DNA of 64,000 nucleotides. It comes from an uncultured Fibrobacterota bacterium. Its GTDB lineage: Bacteria > Fibrobacterota > OXYB2-FULL-49-7 > JAEUSG01. The DNA is taken from positions 2,306 to 66,305 of the forward strand of contig CAWHPS010000047.1 of NCBI GenBank assembly GCA_963831235.1, in the 5' to 3' direction. The translations under genes and the position numbers were made by a program. The notes beneath the pieces are model-generated. The model did no database searches, had not been told where the DNA came from, and worked only from the letters and a program-made list of their open reading frames with translations. Below are positions 25,803-36,233 of this stretch, one piece after another. Each line of letters starts with the position of its first letter. The stretch's first letter is position 1.

Positions 25803-26261
25803 CTATGCATTTCCATTGCAGTTTATTTCAATAAATCTATTGTTTTTTATATCGAAAATTATTCCACAAAAAGAATCTCCTCCATCCATTACCCAAATTG
25901 GTTTCTTTTCCCAATTTTTAAATTCATTATGTTTCGCAATCAAATTGATGTAAACATAGTTTTCGCTACCAATTTTAAATCCGATATATTGCCTTCTGTA
26001 ATATCCAATTCCATTATCATTTATTTTGGCAACTTTAAGTGAATCAAAATATCTCGGTAGAATTGCTTCTATTTTGATACAAATAGAATCAGCCAATTTA
26101 TCAATTTCTATTGATTTTGATTTAAGGAATGAGTGATTTCTTTGATAAATCGCATTCTTACAATCATTTCCTGCTAATACTACAAATTCCTTTTCGTTTT
26201 TAGCGAAGCAATAAAATGCGATAACTGAAGCAAAGATAAAAATGCCTATTTTTGTTTTCAT
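25803..26261 (-). CDS. hypothetical secreted protein (cassette gene)
   Basis: 152-aa ORF with signal peptide MKTKIGIFIFASVIAFYCFA. No recognisable family. Confidence 0.55.
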   Translation of the reverse strand: MKTKIGIFIFASVIAFYCFAKNEKEFVVLAGNDCKNAIYQRNHSFLKSKSIEIDKLADSICIKIEAILPRYFDSLKVAKINDNGIGYYRRQYIGFKIGSENYVYINLIAKHNEFKNWEKKPIWVMDGGDSFCGIIFDIKNNRFIEINCNGNA

Positions 26262-26307
26262 AATTTATTCCTTTTGCTCTCTTATCATTAAACTTAATTG
26301 CGATTCA

Positions 26308-26333
26308 CGTCAATACCAACCCGATAGTTGGGG
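26308..26333 (-). repeat. decayed attC (site 7): only L''/R'' retained, fused to a Box A fragment
   Basis: AACTTAATTGCG (Box A) is followed by CGTCAATACCAACCCGATAGTTGGGG. R' and L' are missing. Confidence 0.6.
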
Positions 26334-26501
26334 CTGCACCGCGGTTTGCCACCCTGCTCAGCTTCCCGCGGTGTCGGCATCTCCGGCGCCTTTACGCTTT
26401 GTGCTTTTTAGTTAAGTTTATCTTGGCGCCGGTCTTCTCTTTTACATTTTGACGTCGCCCAGCTTGCGTTGCCTTCCCGCAATGAAACATCTGCCTTGTG
26501 T

Positions 26502-26921
26502 TCATATAGTCTTTATAAACCTTTTCCTGTATTCCCCATAACCATGGCTTTCGTAAAATTGATGCGCATCTTTTCGACGATAAGCGCTTGTCACTTCAAA
26601 CTTGCAGCAATTCTTTTGTTTTCCCCATTTCTCAACAAATGATAGCAGTTTTGATGCGATTCCCTTTCTTCGATGGCTTTTGCTTACAATTAACGAAGTG
26701 ATTCTACCCGTGCATCCAATTTGATGCATTAATGGCGTAAGGCAAAAACTTATAAAGCCAATGGCTTTTTGTTTTTCTGTAATTACGGCTGCAACTCCTC
26801 TTTTTCCATTATAGTTTAAAAGGTTCTTTTTAATGTCGTTGGATGAGATATTATAACCTAGTTCATACATCAATTGCGAAATGTCTTTTGAAAAAGAAAT
26901 AGGATTCTGAATTATCTTCAT
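26502..26921 (-). CDS. GNAT-family N-acetyltransferase (cassette gene)
   Basis: RITSLIVSKSHRRKGIASKLLSFVEKW acetyl-CoA binding motif, plus AHQFYESHGY. Confidence 0.75.
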   Translation of the reverse strand: MKIIQNPISFSKDISQLMYELGYNISSNDIKKNLLNYNGKRGVAAVITEKQKAIGFISFCLTPLMHQIGCTGRITSLIVSKSHRRKGIASKLLSFVEKWGKQKNCCKFEVTSAYRRKDAHQFYESHGYGEYRKRFIKTI

Positions 26922-27310
26922 TATGTTTTCCTTTCTACTATTGTTGAAATAGCAGTTTCTTTCGAACCAAGTAATGTGCTTTTCTTCTGTCTTTTGACGT
27001 CGACCAGCTTACGTTACCTTTCCACAAGGCGACATTGTTTTCTTTTTATATTTCTTACGTTGCCTTCGACAAAGGATTTTGTCTTTTTTCCGAATTCATT
27101 ACACCTTGTGCATTTTCAGTTAAGTGATCTTATATCTGCATTTCTGGTATTTTCATAGCCCGCGAATACGCATGCCTTAAATCCGGCGCATTACGTATTG
27201 TGCTTTTCAGTTACGTGATCCCAGCGCCGGATTTCGTGATCCCTCCTCATTAAACTTAATTGTGCTCTGCATCAATTATGGTTCACTTGTTGAGCTGCTC
27301 TGCCATTTCA

Positions 27311-27438
27311 GGCCCAACGGCGGGTTGTGTTGCGCGCGCTGCGAGCGTCCAGCGAGCTTTTATATCAAAGGCAACAAAATCCATGATCAATATTTGTTGC
27401 CCTCTTTGCGCGCGTCAATACCAACCCGATAGTTGGGG
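27311..27438 (-). repeat. integron attC site 8
   Basis: GGCCCAAC ... GTTGGGG. Confidence 0.8.
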
Positions 27439-27510
27439 CTGCACCGCTGCCTTGCCCCACGCCTAGCCTCCTGCGGTGTCGGCACTTGTTTATATTCATT
27501 TCTTAAATAG

Positions 27511-28605
27511 CTACTTATAAAAAGGAGTTACACCATAATATACTTTTCCATGGTCTTTATCTTTAGGTGCAGCAATTTTAAATTCTTCCCAAACATTTTT
27601 CAAAGGGAACGCTAGTACGGCCAGGCTACCTTCCTCATTCCATACAGTTGTGCTCCAACCACCACTAAGTCCGTCAAGCATAAACTGAGGCTCCTCCATT
27701 TTTGTCAGACATTTTGATATAAGATGCTTTAACGAATCGACATTACCATAATTTGTCCTAATAAGTTCATAAGTATAAAAGATTTCGCCTAAAACTACTT
27801 TTGAACAAAAGTGTGTTCCAAATTGTTTTTGAAAAACAGCCGAGTCTTTTTGTAGTGAATCTGCACATGACGAGAAAGGCGCTAGCTCTTTTATTAAATA
27901 TTCTTTATCACGATAAACCATATAGGTGAAATACAAGATTTCACCCGGTTGCCTTTTGATGGTTTGATCTAACATAGAATATAAATCAAATCTGTTTTGT
28001 GAAAACTTAATTGCCGCAGCCTCATCTGAATCATTTGCAATTATAACGTAGCCATATTCAAATTTATTTATTATTACGCTCTGGCATACGCCTCCTTTTC
28101 CAAATGGAGATAAACATTCACCTGAACCAACATAATAATAAATACTATTTAAAATAGTTGAATCAAAAGAGAAGTATAATCCATAATTACGTGCAAGAGA
28201 GTCTGAACAGATTTCATACACAGGCGGCAGAATAGTAGCTTTCCAGAATAGCATTAAATTATTCGAATTTGTTATCTCGAATGGAAGCTGCAATTTACCA
28301 TACATTCTATAGTAACCTGGCATCAATGGAATTGAAATTGAATCCCATATAACAGGTACCAATGAAGTAGAGTTGTTATCAAAAAGCACCTTCACTTCAC
28401 CTGGAAGCTGATAACTTTCACCGTATGTAAGCGTAATAGATGTATCCGTAGCAACGTTTTGTACTTCTACTATACTCTTGGCAGAAGGCATAATGCTTTG
28501 ACCGGTTGGATTATTTTGATTTTTTGTACAAGAAAACACAAATAATACAACAAGCAAACAAATAAGTCTTCCGGCCAATTCATTTTTTGCTGATTCTAAT
28601 AACAT
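27511..28605 (-). CDS. hypothetical lipoprotein (cassette gene)
   Basis: 364-aa ORF with a lipobox-like LFVFSC near the N-terminus. No recognisable family. Confidence 0.55.
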   Translation of the reverse strand: MLLESAKNELAGRLICLLVVLFVFSCTKNQNNPTGQSIMPSAKSIVEVQNVATDTSITLTYGESYQLPGEVKVLFDNNSTSLVPVIWDSISIPLMPGYYRMYGKLQLPFEITNSNNLMLFWKATILPPVYEICSDSLARNYGLYFSFDSTILNSIYYYVGSGECLSPFGKGGVCQSVIINKFEYGYVIIANDSDEAAAIKFSQNRFDLYSMLDQTIKRQPGEILYFTYMVYRDKEYLIKELAPFSSCADSLQKDSAVFQKQFGTHFCSKVVLGEIFYTYELIRTNYGNVDSLKHLISKCLTKMEEPQFMLDGLSGGWSTTVWNEEGSLAVLAFPLKNVWEEFKIAAPKDKDHGKVYYGVTPFYK

Positions 28606-28715
28606 TAAAAAGCCTTTCCTTTAAAAGTTAAACTACTGATTCAGCGACGATTTTGTTTTGTATCTTTCAATTGCATTTGTCTTACGTTACATTCCCCCGA
28701 AGGATTTTATCTTTG

Positions 28716-28845
28716 CATCCAACGGCGGGTTGTGTTGCGCGCGCCTTGCTCGCGTCAAGCGAGCTTTTATATAAAAGGCAACAAAGTCCATAATCAATAT
28801 TTGTTGCCATCTTTGCGCGCGTCAATACCAACCCGATAGTTGGGC
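28716..28845 (-). repeat. integron attC site 9
   Basis: CATCCAAC ... GTTGGGC. Identical to attC-16 apart from the part of the R' box lying beyond the crossover (CATCCAA versus GGCCCAA). Confidence 0.8.
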
Positions 28846-29283
28846 CTACACCGAGGCTCATTGCAAACACCCACCTCTCCGGCAATGTACTTTTTTACTT
28901 CGACGCCGCCATTCTGTTAACACATCCACATAAGGCGACACCACAATTCCAGACATCCTGCAACACCGCTTACTTTTACACGGTGAAGCTCATTTACTCA
29001 CAAGAGAATTTCATTATTTTATCCGCACTTTCAACCCACTGAGCTGTTCTTCCAAATACCTTCAACTCAATCTTTAGCACTCTATCAGTTTCAGTTCAGC
29101 AAATTGGCATACATTTGCGTTTCTGGTATATTTTAGCAATCGAAGAAGCATGCCTTTAATCCGGTGCCGTTACGACGAGTGTTTTTCAGTTACGTTTATC
29201 TTGGCACCGGATTTCGTCCCAATCTCTTCATTCCGAACACCGAATCAATTATGGTTCATTTGTTGGACTGCTCCGCTTTTTCC

Positions 29284-29411
29284 GGCCCAACGGCGGGTTG
29301 TATTGCGCGCGCTGCGAGCGTCCAGCGAGCTTTTATATTAAAGGCAACAAAATCCATGATCAATATTTGTTGCCCTCTTTGCGCGCGTCAATACCAACCC
29401 GATAGTTGGGC
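29284..29411 (-). repeat. integron attC site 10
   Basis: GGCCCAAC ... GTTGGGC. Confidence 0.8.
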
Positions 29412-29736
29412 TCACACCGAGGCTCATTCTCACCACCAAGCTTTCCAGCAATCTTTACGCTTTGTGCTTTTTAGTTAAGTGATCTTTTTCCGGAATAATT
29501 TCTTCATTATCTTTTGCTTACGTTGTCTACTTACAAAGGATTTTGTCTTTTTCCGAATTCATTACACCTTGTGCATTTTTAGTTAAGTGATCTTAATATC
29601 TGCATTTCTGGTATTTTCATAGCCCGCGAATACGCATGCCTTAAATCCGGCGCATTACGTATTGTGCTTTTCAGTTACGTAATCCCAGCGCCGGATTTCG
29701 TGATCCCTCCTCATTAAACTTAATTGTGCTATTTTA

Positions 29737-29758
29737 GGCCCTGACGCATGTTAGGGCC
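29737..29758. terminator. GC-rich hairpin downstream of the 142-aa cassette ORF
   Basis: GGCCCT-N10-AGGGCC. There is a T-rich run on the plus-strand side only, so termination on the minus strand is uncertain. Confidence 0.3.
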
Positions 29759-29797
29759 GCTTTTCTTTCGTTTCCAGCCAGATAATTTATTACGCGC

Positions 29798-30226
29798 TTA
29801 TAAGATTGCCTTTGCTACAAGCGCTATAAAGTCATGACCGGATTCAAATTTGCCGCTTACCGCCAATATGCCGCGCTTACTCATACGAGAAATAGGATAT
29901 CCTTTATGTCTTGCAATAATCGTAGCATAATTTTCCTTCAATCCATCACGCATAAATGGTTCATCAAAATTAATTCGATATAAATTATCCGAAAAATGTG
30001 TAATTGTTCCTACCAGCTCCATTGGAGGGTTGGGATCCATATTTTCAAATTCAAAAAGCCTTACTTTGGTTCTGTTGATTTTATCAGGGTTTTCTTTTGA
30101 CCATATTATTCCGTTTACTTTTATAAATACATTATCGAAAAATAGTATGACGAGAATTGCGATAATAATGCCGATAATGACAAGATAATTCATACTTTTG
30201 ACGAGATAATAAGTATTAATAAACAT
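29798..30226 (-). CDS. hypothetical membrane-anchored protein (cassette gene)
   Basis: 142-aa ORF with one N-terminal TM helix (YLVIIGIIIAILVILFF). An alternative start at 30193 is possible. Confidence 0.5.
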   Translation of the reverse strand: MFINTYYLVKSMNYLVIIGIIIAILVILFFDNVFIKVNGIIWSKENPDKINRTKVRLFEFENMDPNPPMELVGTITHFSDNLYRINFDEPFMRDGLKENYATIIARHKGYPISRMSKRGILAVSGKFESGHDFIALVAKAIL

Positions 30227-30489
30227 TCTAAAAAAAGTCGCATTATTTTTCCTCCTTTTTGATTTTCCGGCACCATTACGAATTGTGCTTTTTAGTTACG
30301 TCTACTTGGCGCCGGTCTTTGTGGTATATTTTAGCAATCGAAGACGCATGCCTTAAATCCGGTGCCGTTACGACGGGTGTTTTTCAGTTACGTTTATCTT
30401 GGCACCGGATTTCGTCCTTATCTCTTCATTCCACTTAATTGTGCTCTGCATCAATTACAGTACGCAAGTTGGGCGGCAGTGCCATGTCC

Positions 30490-30617
30490 GGCCCAACGGC
30501 GGGTTGTGTTGCGCGCGCTGCTCGCATCAAGCGAGCATTCAAATAAAAGGCAACAAAGTCCATAATATAAATTTGTTGCCCTCTTTGCGCGCGTCAATAC
30601 CAACCCGATAGTTGGGC
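30490..30617 (-). repeat. integron attC site 11
   Basis: GGCCCAAC ... GTTGGGC. Confidence 0.8.
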
Positions 30618-31130
30618 TTACACCGAGGCTCATGTCCACCACCAAGCTCTCCGGCAACGTCAGCTTTTTTCTTTCTACGCTGCCAATATTTTGACACACT
30701 CTCACAAGACCACACCAAATTTCCAGTTATCCTGCAACACCGAACTCTTACGTTACCTTCCAGCAGAGTTTTTTATCTAACATTCCCCAGCACACCAACT
30801 CCCTTTCAGCGGCACCAAGACACTTGTTCCGCTTACCTTTAGGCAGTGCAGCCCATTTACGAACCAGCGCCTTTCATTTCTTTTTTGTCGCACTTTCAGA
30901 CCACAGCGCCACTTTTCCAAACCTCTTCAACTCAGCCTCTACAATCCATCAGCTTTAGTTCCGCCAATTGGACTGCTCTTTTTTATCAATTGTCAAGAAC
31001 CTTATTCTGTTTATTTTGTCAGCAACACATCTGCGAGTTGAATGGCAATTCTTCTTCAAGCAATTAATTCGGCTCAATTTATTTCCTACCAGCCACGCTT
31101 CCGATAGTTGGATTTTACTTCTTAGTTATT

Positions 31131-31261
31131 TGCCCAACGGCGGGTTGTGTTGCGCGCGCTTTGCGAGCGACAAGCGAGCAATCTATTATAAAGGCAACAA
31201 AATCCATAATCAATTTTTGTTGCCATCTTTGCGCGCGTCAATACCAACCCGATAGTTGGGA
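31131..31261 (-). repeat. integron attC site 12
   Basis: TGCCCAAC ... GTTGGGA. Confidence 0.75.
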
Positions 31262-31328
31262 CTGCATCGCGGTTTTGCCACAGTACCAAGCTATCCGCGG
31301 TGTCAGCATTTTTCTTATATCTCTCATT

Positions 31329-32345
31329 TTATTTAAAATATGCTGGTGCTGAACTCCAAAATATTTTGTCTGTTTCAAAAGGATGAAAACCAATCTTTAA
31401 CGGTTGACCTACATGAATATTTTTCTTAGGATTTACAAACCTAATAGTAATCACATCGGAAATGCCTTGAGGGGGCAAAATAACCTTAAGAGCATCAAAC
31501 GATTTCTCAATGCAACCTTCGATATGGTAGAAAATATTTCCATCCAGAACATCTTCATTGTCACAAACCCAATTACCTCGAAAGTCAAAAACACTTGGTT
31601 CTATTTTAAAGGTAGTCACATTCTTGCTATTTCCAAAATTAGGCATGCGTTCCGGTGGCAAACCTTCAAATCTTATGGCTTGAAACCTGTTTGTTAAATT
31701 CTTAATTTTAACATTTAAATAGCTGCCCTCACTTCTATTTTCAAAGCTATCTGATACTAAGATAAACTTAATCGAAGAATCACTTAATCTATCTTCTTCC
31801 TGTCCATTTATGAACCATCGCCTAATGGAACCTTGCCGTTTTCCATTGACAATCGTATCAACTGAATAAATATTACCATTTTCATAGTAACATTTACGTA
31901 CTCCTGACAGCTTATCAAAATTAAACGAGTCACGTTGAATCAGATTACCAAAACCATCAAATTTAAGCCGCTCTCCATGACGCAATCCTAGTTCTATATT
32001 TTCTAATCCGATTATGGTGTCTCCCTTCCAAATAACATTGGTCCCTTTCCATGGGATACTTGAATTAGGTGTATTAAATTTCCAATAACATGCGGATATT
32101 TTTATACCAAAGGAATCATAACAAGCCCATATTCCCGTCTTATAACTATTTAATAAATAGCCCTCATACTTAGGATTCCCGTTTTTATAATACTCTTTAG
32201 ACAAGACGACATTTCCATGAAGCATTGATGTATCAGGATTAATGAGATTAATTTGGGTGCTTACATTTATTAGCTGTTTATAATTCGATAAACATGTTGC
32301 AGAATAAGTCTGGCAAATGGCAATTACAACTAATAATATTTTCAT
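31329..32345 (-). CDS. secreted MORN-repeat (YwqK-like) protein (cassette gene)
   Basis: Signal peptide, plus repeated YKNGNPKYEGY / YYENGNIYSV / NGKRQG motifs. Confidence 0.5.
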   Translation of the reverse strand: MKILLVVIAICQTYSATCLSNYKQLINVSTQINLINPDTSMLHGNVVLSKEYYKNGNPKYEGYLLNSYKTGIWACYDSFGIKISACYWKFNTPNSSIPWKGTNVIWKGDTIIGLENIELGLRHGERLKFDGFGNLIQRDSFNFDKLSGVRKCYYENGNIYSVDTIVNGKRQGSIRRWFINGQEEDRLSDSSIKFILVSDSFENRSEGSYLNVKIKNLTNRFQAIRFEGLPPERMPNFGNSKNVTTFKIEPSVFDFRGNWVCDNEDVLDGNIFYHIEGCIEKSFDALKVILPPQGISDVITIRFVNPKKNIHVGQPLKIGFHPFETDKIFWSSAPAYFK

Positions 32346-32556
32346 ACATTGCTCCTGATTTCTTATTGACTTCTCTTCTGATTCCCGTGTCTTGCGTTAG
32401 CTTCCCACAAAGGATTTTGCCTTTAATCCGGCGCATTACGTGTCGTGTTTTTCAGTTACGTGATCCCAGCGCCGGATTTCGTCCTTATTCCTTCATTAAA
32501 CTTAATTGTGCTCTGCATTAATTACAGTTCTCTTGTTGGGCTGCACTTATTTTCCC

Positions 32557-32684
32557 GGCCCAACGGCGGGTTGTGTTGCGCGCGCCTGCGAGCGTCCAGC
32601 GAGCTTTCAAATCAAAGGCAACAAAATCTATAATCTATTTTTGTTGCCCTCCCAGCGCGCGTCAATACCAACCCGTAGTTGGGG
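32557..32684 (-). repeat. integron attC site 13
   Basis: GGCCCAAC ... GTTGGGG. Confidence 0.8.
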
Positions 32685-32801
32685 CTGCACCGCGAATTCG
32701 CCCACCTGCCCTACCCCCGCGGTGTCAGCGCTTTTATTCATGCCTCTATATCTCTTGTTTTGTATAGATAGCTTCATAAAGATATTTTAACTAAAGACAA
32801 C

Positions 32802-33335
32802 TCATTGCTTTAAATAATTCCCTTGCTTAAATTCAGTAGATTTTCCTTTTGGAATTGATAGTGAAACCCATTCTTTCCCTTTGCACTGTTTGGCGATAAT
32901 TACGATTTGTCCTATATGATATGAACAATGTGATATTTGGCGATTAAGTGCCTGAACAAGTGAATGTGGCTCCTTTAAAATTATAACTGGCCGCGTAAAG
33001 TCATTTTCGGTAATTTTGCTAAGTCCTTCCTCAAGATACAAGAAGCCCTCGTTATAAAGTTCTATGATTTTCTCTTTTTCCAATTGTTCTTCTTCAAATT
33101 CACGGTCTCTATTCCTATTTGGTTTTTCGCCGTCTTCTGTAAACAAATTGACCCATCTTGATTTCATGTTTCCATTTAGATGCTTAACAATAATGGAAAT
33201 AGAATTAGCGTTGTTAATGTTTGAATTTAATTCCTCCATTGACAATGACTGAATAGATTGAATTCCAAGATTTCTATAGCGTTTAAATTCGGATCGAACA
33301 CTTTCAAGATAGTTTAGATTAAATTGCTTTTTCAT
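32802..33335 (-). CDS. DinB-family (DUF1572-like) protein (cassette gene)
   Basis: VKHLNGNMKSRW and HCSYHIGQIVIIAK motifs. The ATG at 33335 (MKKQFN) is preferred because the longer track ORF runs into attC remnant DNA. Confidence 0.6.
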   Translation of the reverse strand: MKKQFNLNYLESVRSEFKRYRNLGIQSIQSLSMEELNSNINNANSISIIVKHLNGNMKSRWVNLFTEDGEKPNRNRDREFEEEQLEKEKIIELYNEGFLYLEEGLSKITENDFTRPVIILKEPHSLVQALNRQISHCSYHIGQIVIIAKQCKGKEWVSLSIPKGKSTEFKQGNYLKQ

Positions 33336-33372
33336 ATTGCCTTTCGCGTGCTTGTCTTTTTGCTTTTGGCCA

Positions 33373-33389
33373 CCAACCCGTAGTTGGGG
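33373..33389 (-). repeat. decayed attC (site 14): R'' end only
   Basis: CCAACCCGTAGTTGGGG followed by a normal H hairpin. No L' or R' partner. Confidence 0.5.
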
Positions 33390-33560
33390 CTGCACCGCGA
33401 ATTCGCCCACCTGCCCTGCCCCCGCGGTGTCAGCGCTTTGGCTATCTATTTACCTTTTCCTTTTGCTTTTTTTGCGCCGCCCAGCTTGCGTTACCTACCC
33501 ACAAGGCGATTCGCCTTTTCCTTGAGGCTAAGCGCTTATCTTTTTTATCATTTTGTTTGT

Positions 33561-33797
33561 TATATAGATGCGCATATATAAATCGACATAATCAATATTA
33601 TACACTATGAAATGACTCTTCTTTACAAGTGCTTTTTTAATTATAAGGTTCATTTTTCATAGGGAACTTCTAAAATGCTTAATGTTACAATTTTTCCAAT
33701 CTCAATTAAATGAAAATCGATTTCCTCTATGAACACACAAGAAAACTACAACATTTGGCAAAGCAATGATGTCGATTTAATTATGCGCATCTATATA
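33561..33797. mobile_element. MITE (~237 bp) with ~29-bp terminal inverted repeats
   Basis: TATATAGATGCGCATATATAAATCGACAT (33561-33589) versus the reverse complement of 33769-33797, with 2 mismatches. The outermost TA on each side could be a TA target duplication. Confidence 0.55.
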
Positions 33798-33800
33798 GTG

Positions 33801-33980
33801 CTAATTACTGGCATTTGAAGATGCCTTTCTGCTTTTTAGAATTCGTGTTATTATTAAATAAAGCACGATGTAAATCAATTCTGCTATAATACCAATAAAA
33901 ATGCTTTTTGTAAGATACAAAATGGCAATAAACAAGATAAGGGCTGAGCAAACCGCAATCAACATGGGTTTTGAATTCAT
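33801..33980 (-). CDS. possible small membrane protein (59 aa)
   Basis: Hand-translated as MNSKPMLIAVCSALILFIAILYLTKSIFIGIIAELIYIVLYLIITRILKSRK.., with two hydrophobic helices. Below the track cutoff. Confidence 0.3.
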   Translation of the reverse strand: MNSKPMLIAVCSALILFIAILYLTKSIFIGIIAELIYIVLYLIITRILKSRKASSNASN

Positions 33981-34271
33981 TTAATTTCCTTTTTTTGTGA
34001 ATTGTTTTCTTCTGCTTTTCGACTCCGCCCAGCTTTCGTTACCTACTCACGAAGGTGACATTGTTTTCTCTTTATCTTTCAATTCTGTTTTACTTGCGTT
34101 GCCTGCCCACAAAGGATTTTGCCTTTTATCCGGCGCCATTAAAATTAGTGCCTTTTTAGTTAAGATGATCTTGCGCCGGATTCCGCATCTCTTTCATCTT
34201 CCATTAAGCTTAATTGTGCGGTTCATACCGCATCAATTACAGTGCGCAAGTTGGGCGGCGCTGCATCGTCC

Positions 34272-34399
34272 GGCCCAACGACGGGTTGTGTTGCGCGCGC
34301 CGCGAGCGTCAAGCGAGCTTTCAAATAAAAGGCAACAAAGTCTATAATCAATATTTGTTGCCCTCTTTGCGCGCGTCAATACCAACCCGATAGTTGGGG
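34272..34399 (-). repeat. integron attC site 15
   Basis: GGCCCAAC ... GTTGGGG. Identical to attC-22 apart from the part of the R' box lying beyond the crossover (GGCCCAA versus GGCACAA). Confidence 0.8.
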
Positions 34400-34578
34400 C
34401 TGCACCGCGAATATGCCCACGCGTTAAGCTACCGCGGTGTCAGCATCTCCGGCGCCATTACACGTTGTGCCTTTTTAGTTAAGTTTATCTTGGCGCCGGT
34501 CTTTTCTTCTTTCTTTTGATGCTGCCAAGCTCGCGTTGCCGTCCTTCAAGGCTTCTACAAAAACTTGCCTTTACATCT

Positions 34579-35055
34579 TTATTGATATTTAACATCATTA
34601 AAGATAATCCAACCATTTTCATGCACATTATTTGGGTCATGGTGGGTCCAGTGCATTAATCCGCCCTGATCATTCCAAACGTAATCACCATGAACGTAGA
34701 CAAGGGAACCGATTTGAATCCCAGCTACACGAGGTGCAATGTCAATATTGTGTTCGATCAATAAAGTTTGTTGGTTGGATAGTTGAATAATAAAGCGTTG
34801 GTGATTTTCTCCTATAGTATCATCGTTTAGAATGCGAATTATGGCTCCTTTTACGGTAACATTTAAATTACTGTCTTGATTGGCAAATGCTGCTTCAATT
34901 ACAGAAATAGGTGTTAGACTAGAATCCAATGGAATATTAGTTTGAGCAGCAGTATTGGTGATTTCTTTGGGACTTTGCAATGAGCAACCATTTATACCCA
35001 CAATAAAATAAAATAGCAAAAGGGCTACGCATTGACTGATTGCTTTTTTATGCAT
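34579..35055 (-). CDS. DUF3465-like lipoprotein (cassette gene, copy 1)
   Basis: Lipobox GINGCS. ENHQRFIIQLSNQQTLLIEHNIDIAPRV and GGLMHWTHHDP motifs. Confidence 0.6.
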   Translation of the reverse strand: MHKKAISQCVALLLFYFIVGINGCSLQSPKEITNTAAQTNIPLDSSLTPISVIEAAFANQDSNLNVTVKGAIIRILNDDTIGENHQRFIIQLSNQQTLLIEHNIDIAPRVAGIQIGSLVYVHGDYVWNDQGGLMHWTHHDPNNVHENGWIIFNDVKYQ

Positions 35056-35337
35056 TTTAATCTGCTTTGCTTACGTTGCCTACCCAGAAAAGATTTTGTC
35101 TTTAATCCGGCGCCGTTACGATTTGTGCCTTTTCAGTTAAGCCTATCTTGGCGCCGGTCTGATTTCCTGGTATTTTCATAGCCCGCGAATACGTCTGCCT
35201 TTAAATCTGGTGCCATTACGACGGGTGTTTTTCAGTTACGTTTATCTTGGCACCGGATTTCGTCCTCATTTCTTCATTACACTTAATTGTGCTCCGCATC
35301 AATTACAGTGCGCGAGTTGGGCGGCGCTGCATCGTCC

Positions 35338-35467
35338 GGCCCAACGGCGGGTTGTGTTGCGCGCGCCTTGCTCGCGTCAAGCGAGCTTTTATATAAAAGG
35401 CAACAAAGTCCATAATCAATATTTGTTGCCATCTTTGCGCGCGTCAATACCAACCCGATAGTTGGGC
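35338..35467 (-). repeat. integron attC site 16
   Basis: GGCCCAAC ... GTTGGGC. Confidence 0.8.
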
Positions 35468-35905
35468 CTACACCGAGGCTCATTGCAAACACCCACCTCT
35501 CCGGCAATGTACTTTTTTACTTCGACGCCGCCATTCTGTTAACACATCCACATAAGGCGACACCACAATTCCAGACATCCTGCAACACCGCTTACTTTTA
35601 CACGGTGAAGCTCATTTACTCACAAGAGAATTTCATTATTTTATCCGCACTTTCAACCCACTGAGCTGTTCTTCCAAATACCTTCAACTCAATCTTTAGC
35701 ACTCTATCAGTTTCAGTTCAGCAAATTGGCATACATTTGCGTTTCTGGTATATTTTAGCAATCGAAGAAGCATGCCTTTAATCCGGTGCCGTTACGACGA
35801 GTGTTTTTCAGTTACGTTTATCTTGGCACCGGATTTCGTCCCAATCTCTTCATTCCGAACACCGAATCAATTATGGTTCATTTGTTGGACTGCTCCGCTT
35901 TTTCC

Positions 35906-36036
35906 GGCCCAACGGCGGGTTGTGTTGCGCGCGCTTTGCGAGCGATAAGCGAGCAATCATATTTAAAGGCAACAAAATCTATAATCAATTATTGTTGCCC
36001 TCTTTGCGCGCGTCAATACCAACCCGATAGTTGGGG
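35906..36036 (-). repeat. integron attC site 17
   Basis: GGCCCAAC ... GTTGGGG. Confidence 0.8.
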
Positions 36037-36233
36037 CTGCACCGCGAATGTGCCGACTTTCGAAGCTACCGCGGTGTCAGCATTTTCTGGCGCCATTACG
36101 ACGGGTGTCTTTTTAGTTACGTTTATCTTGGCGCCGGTCTTCTTCATATTGCTGATTACTGTTCTTTTCTTCTGGTTCTCTTTTCTTTATTCCAGCGCCA
36201 TTGCATCGGTAGAATATTTATTATAATCAAATA

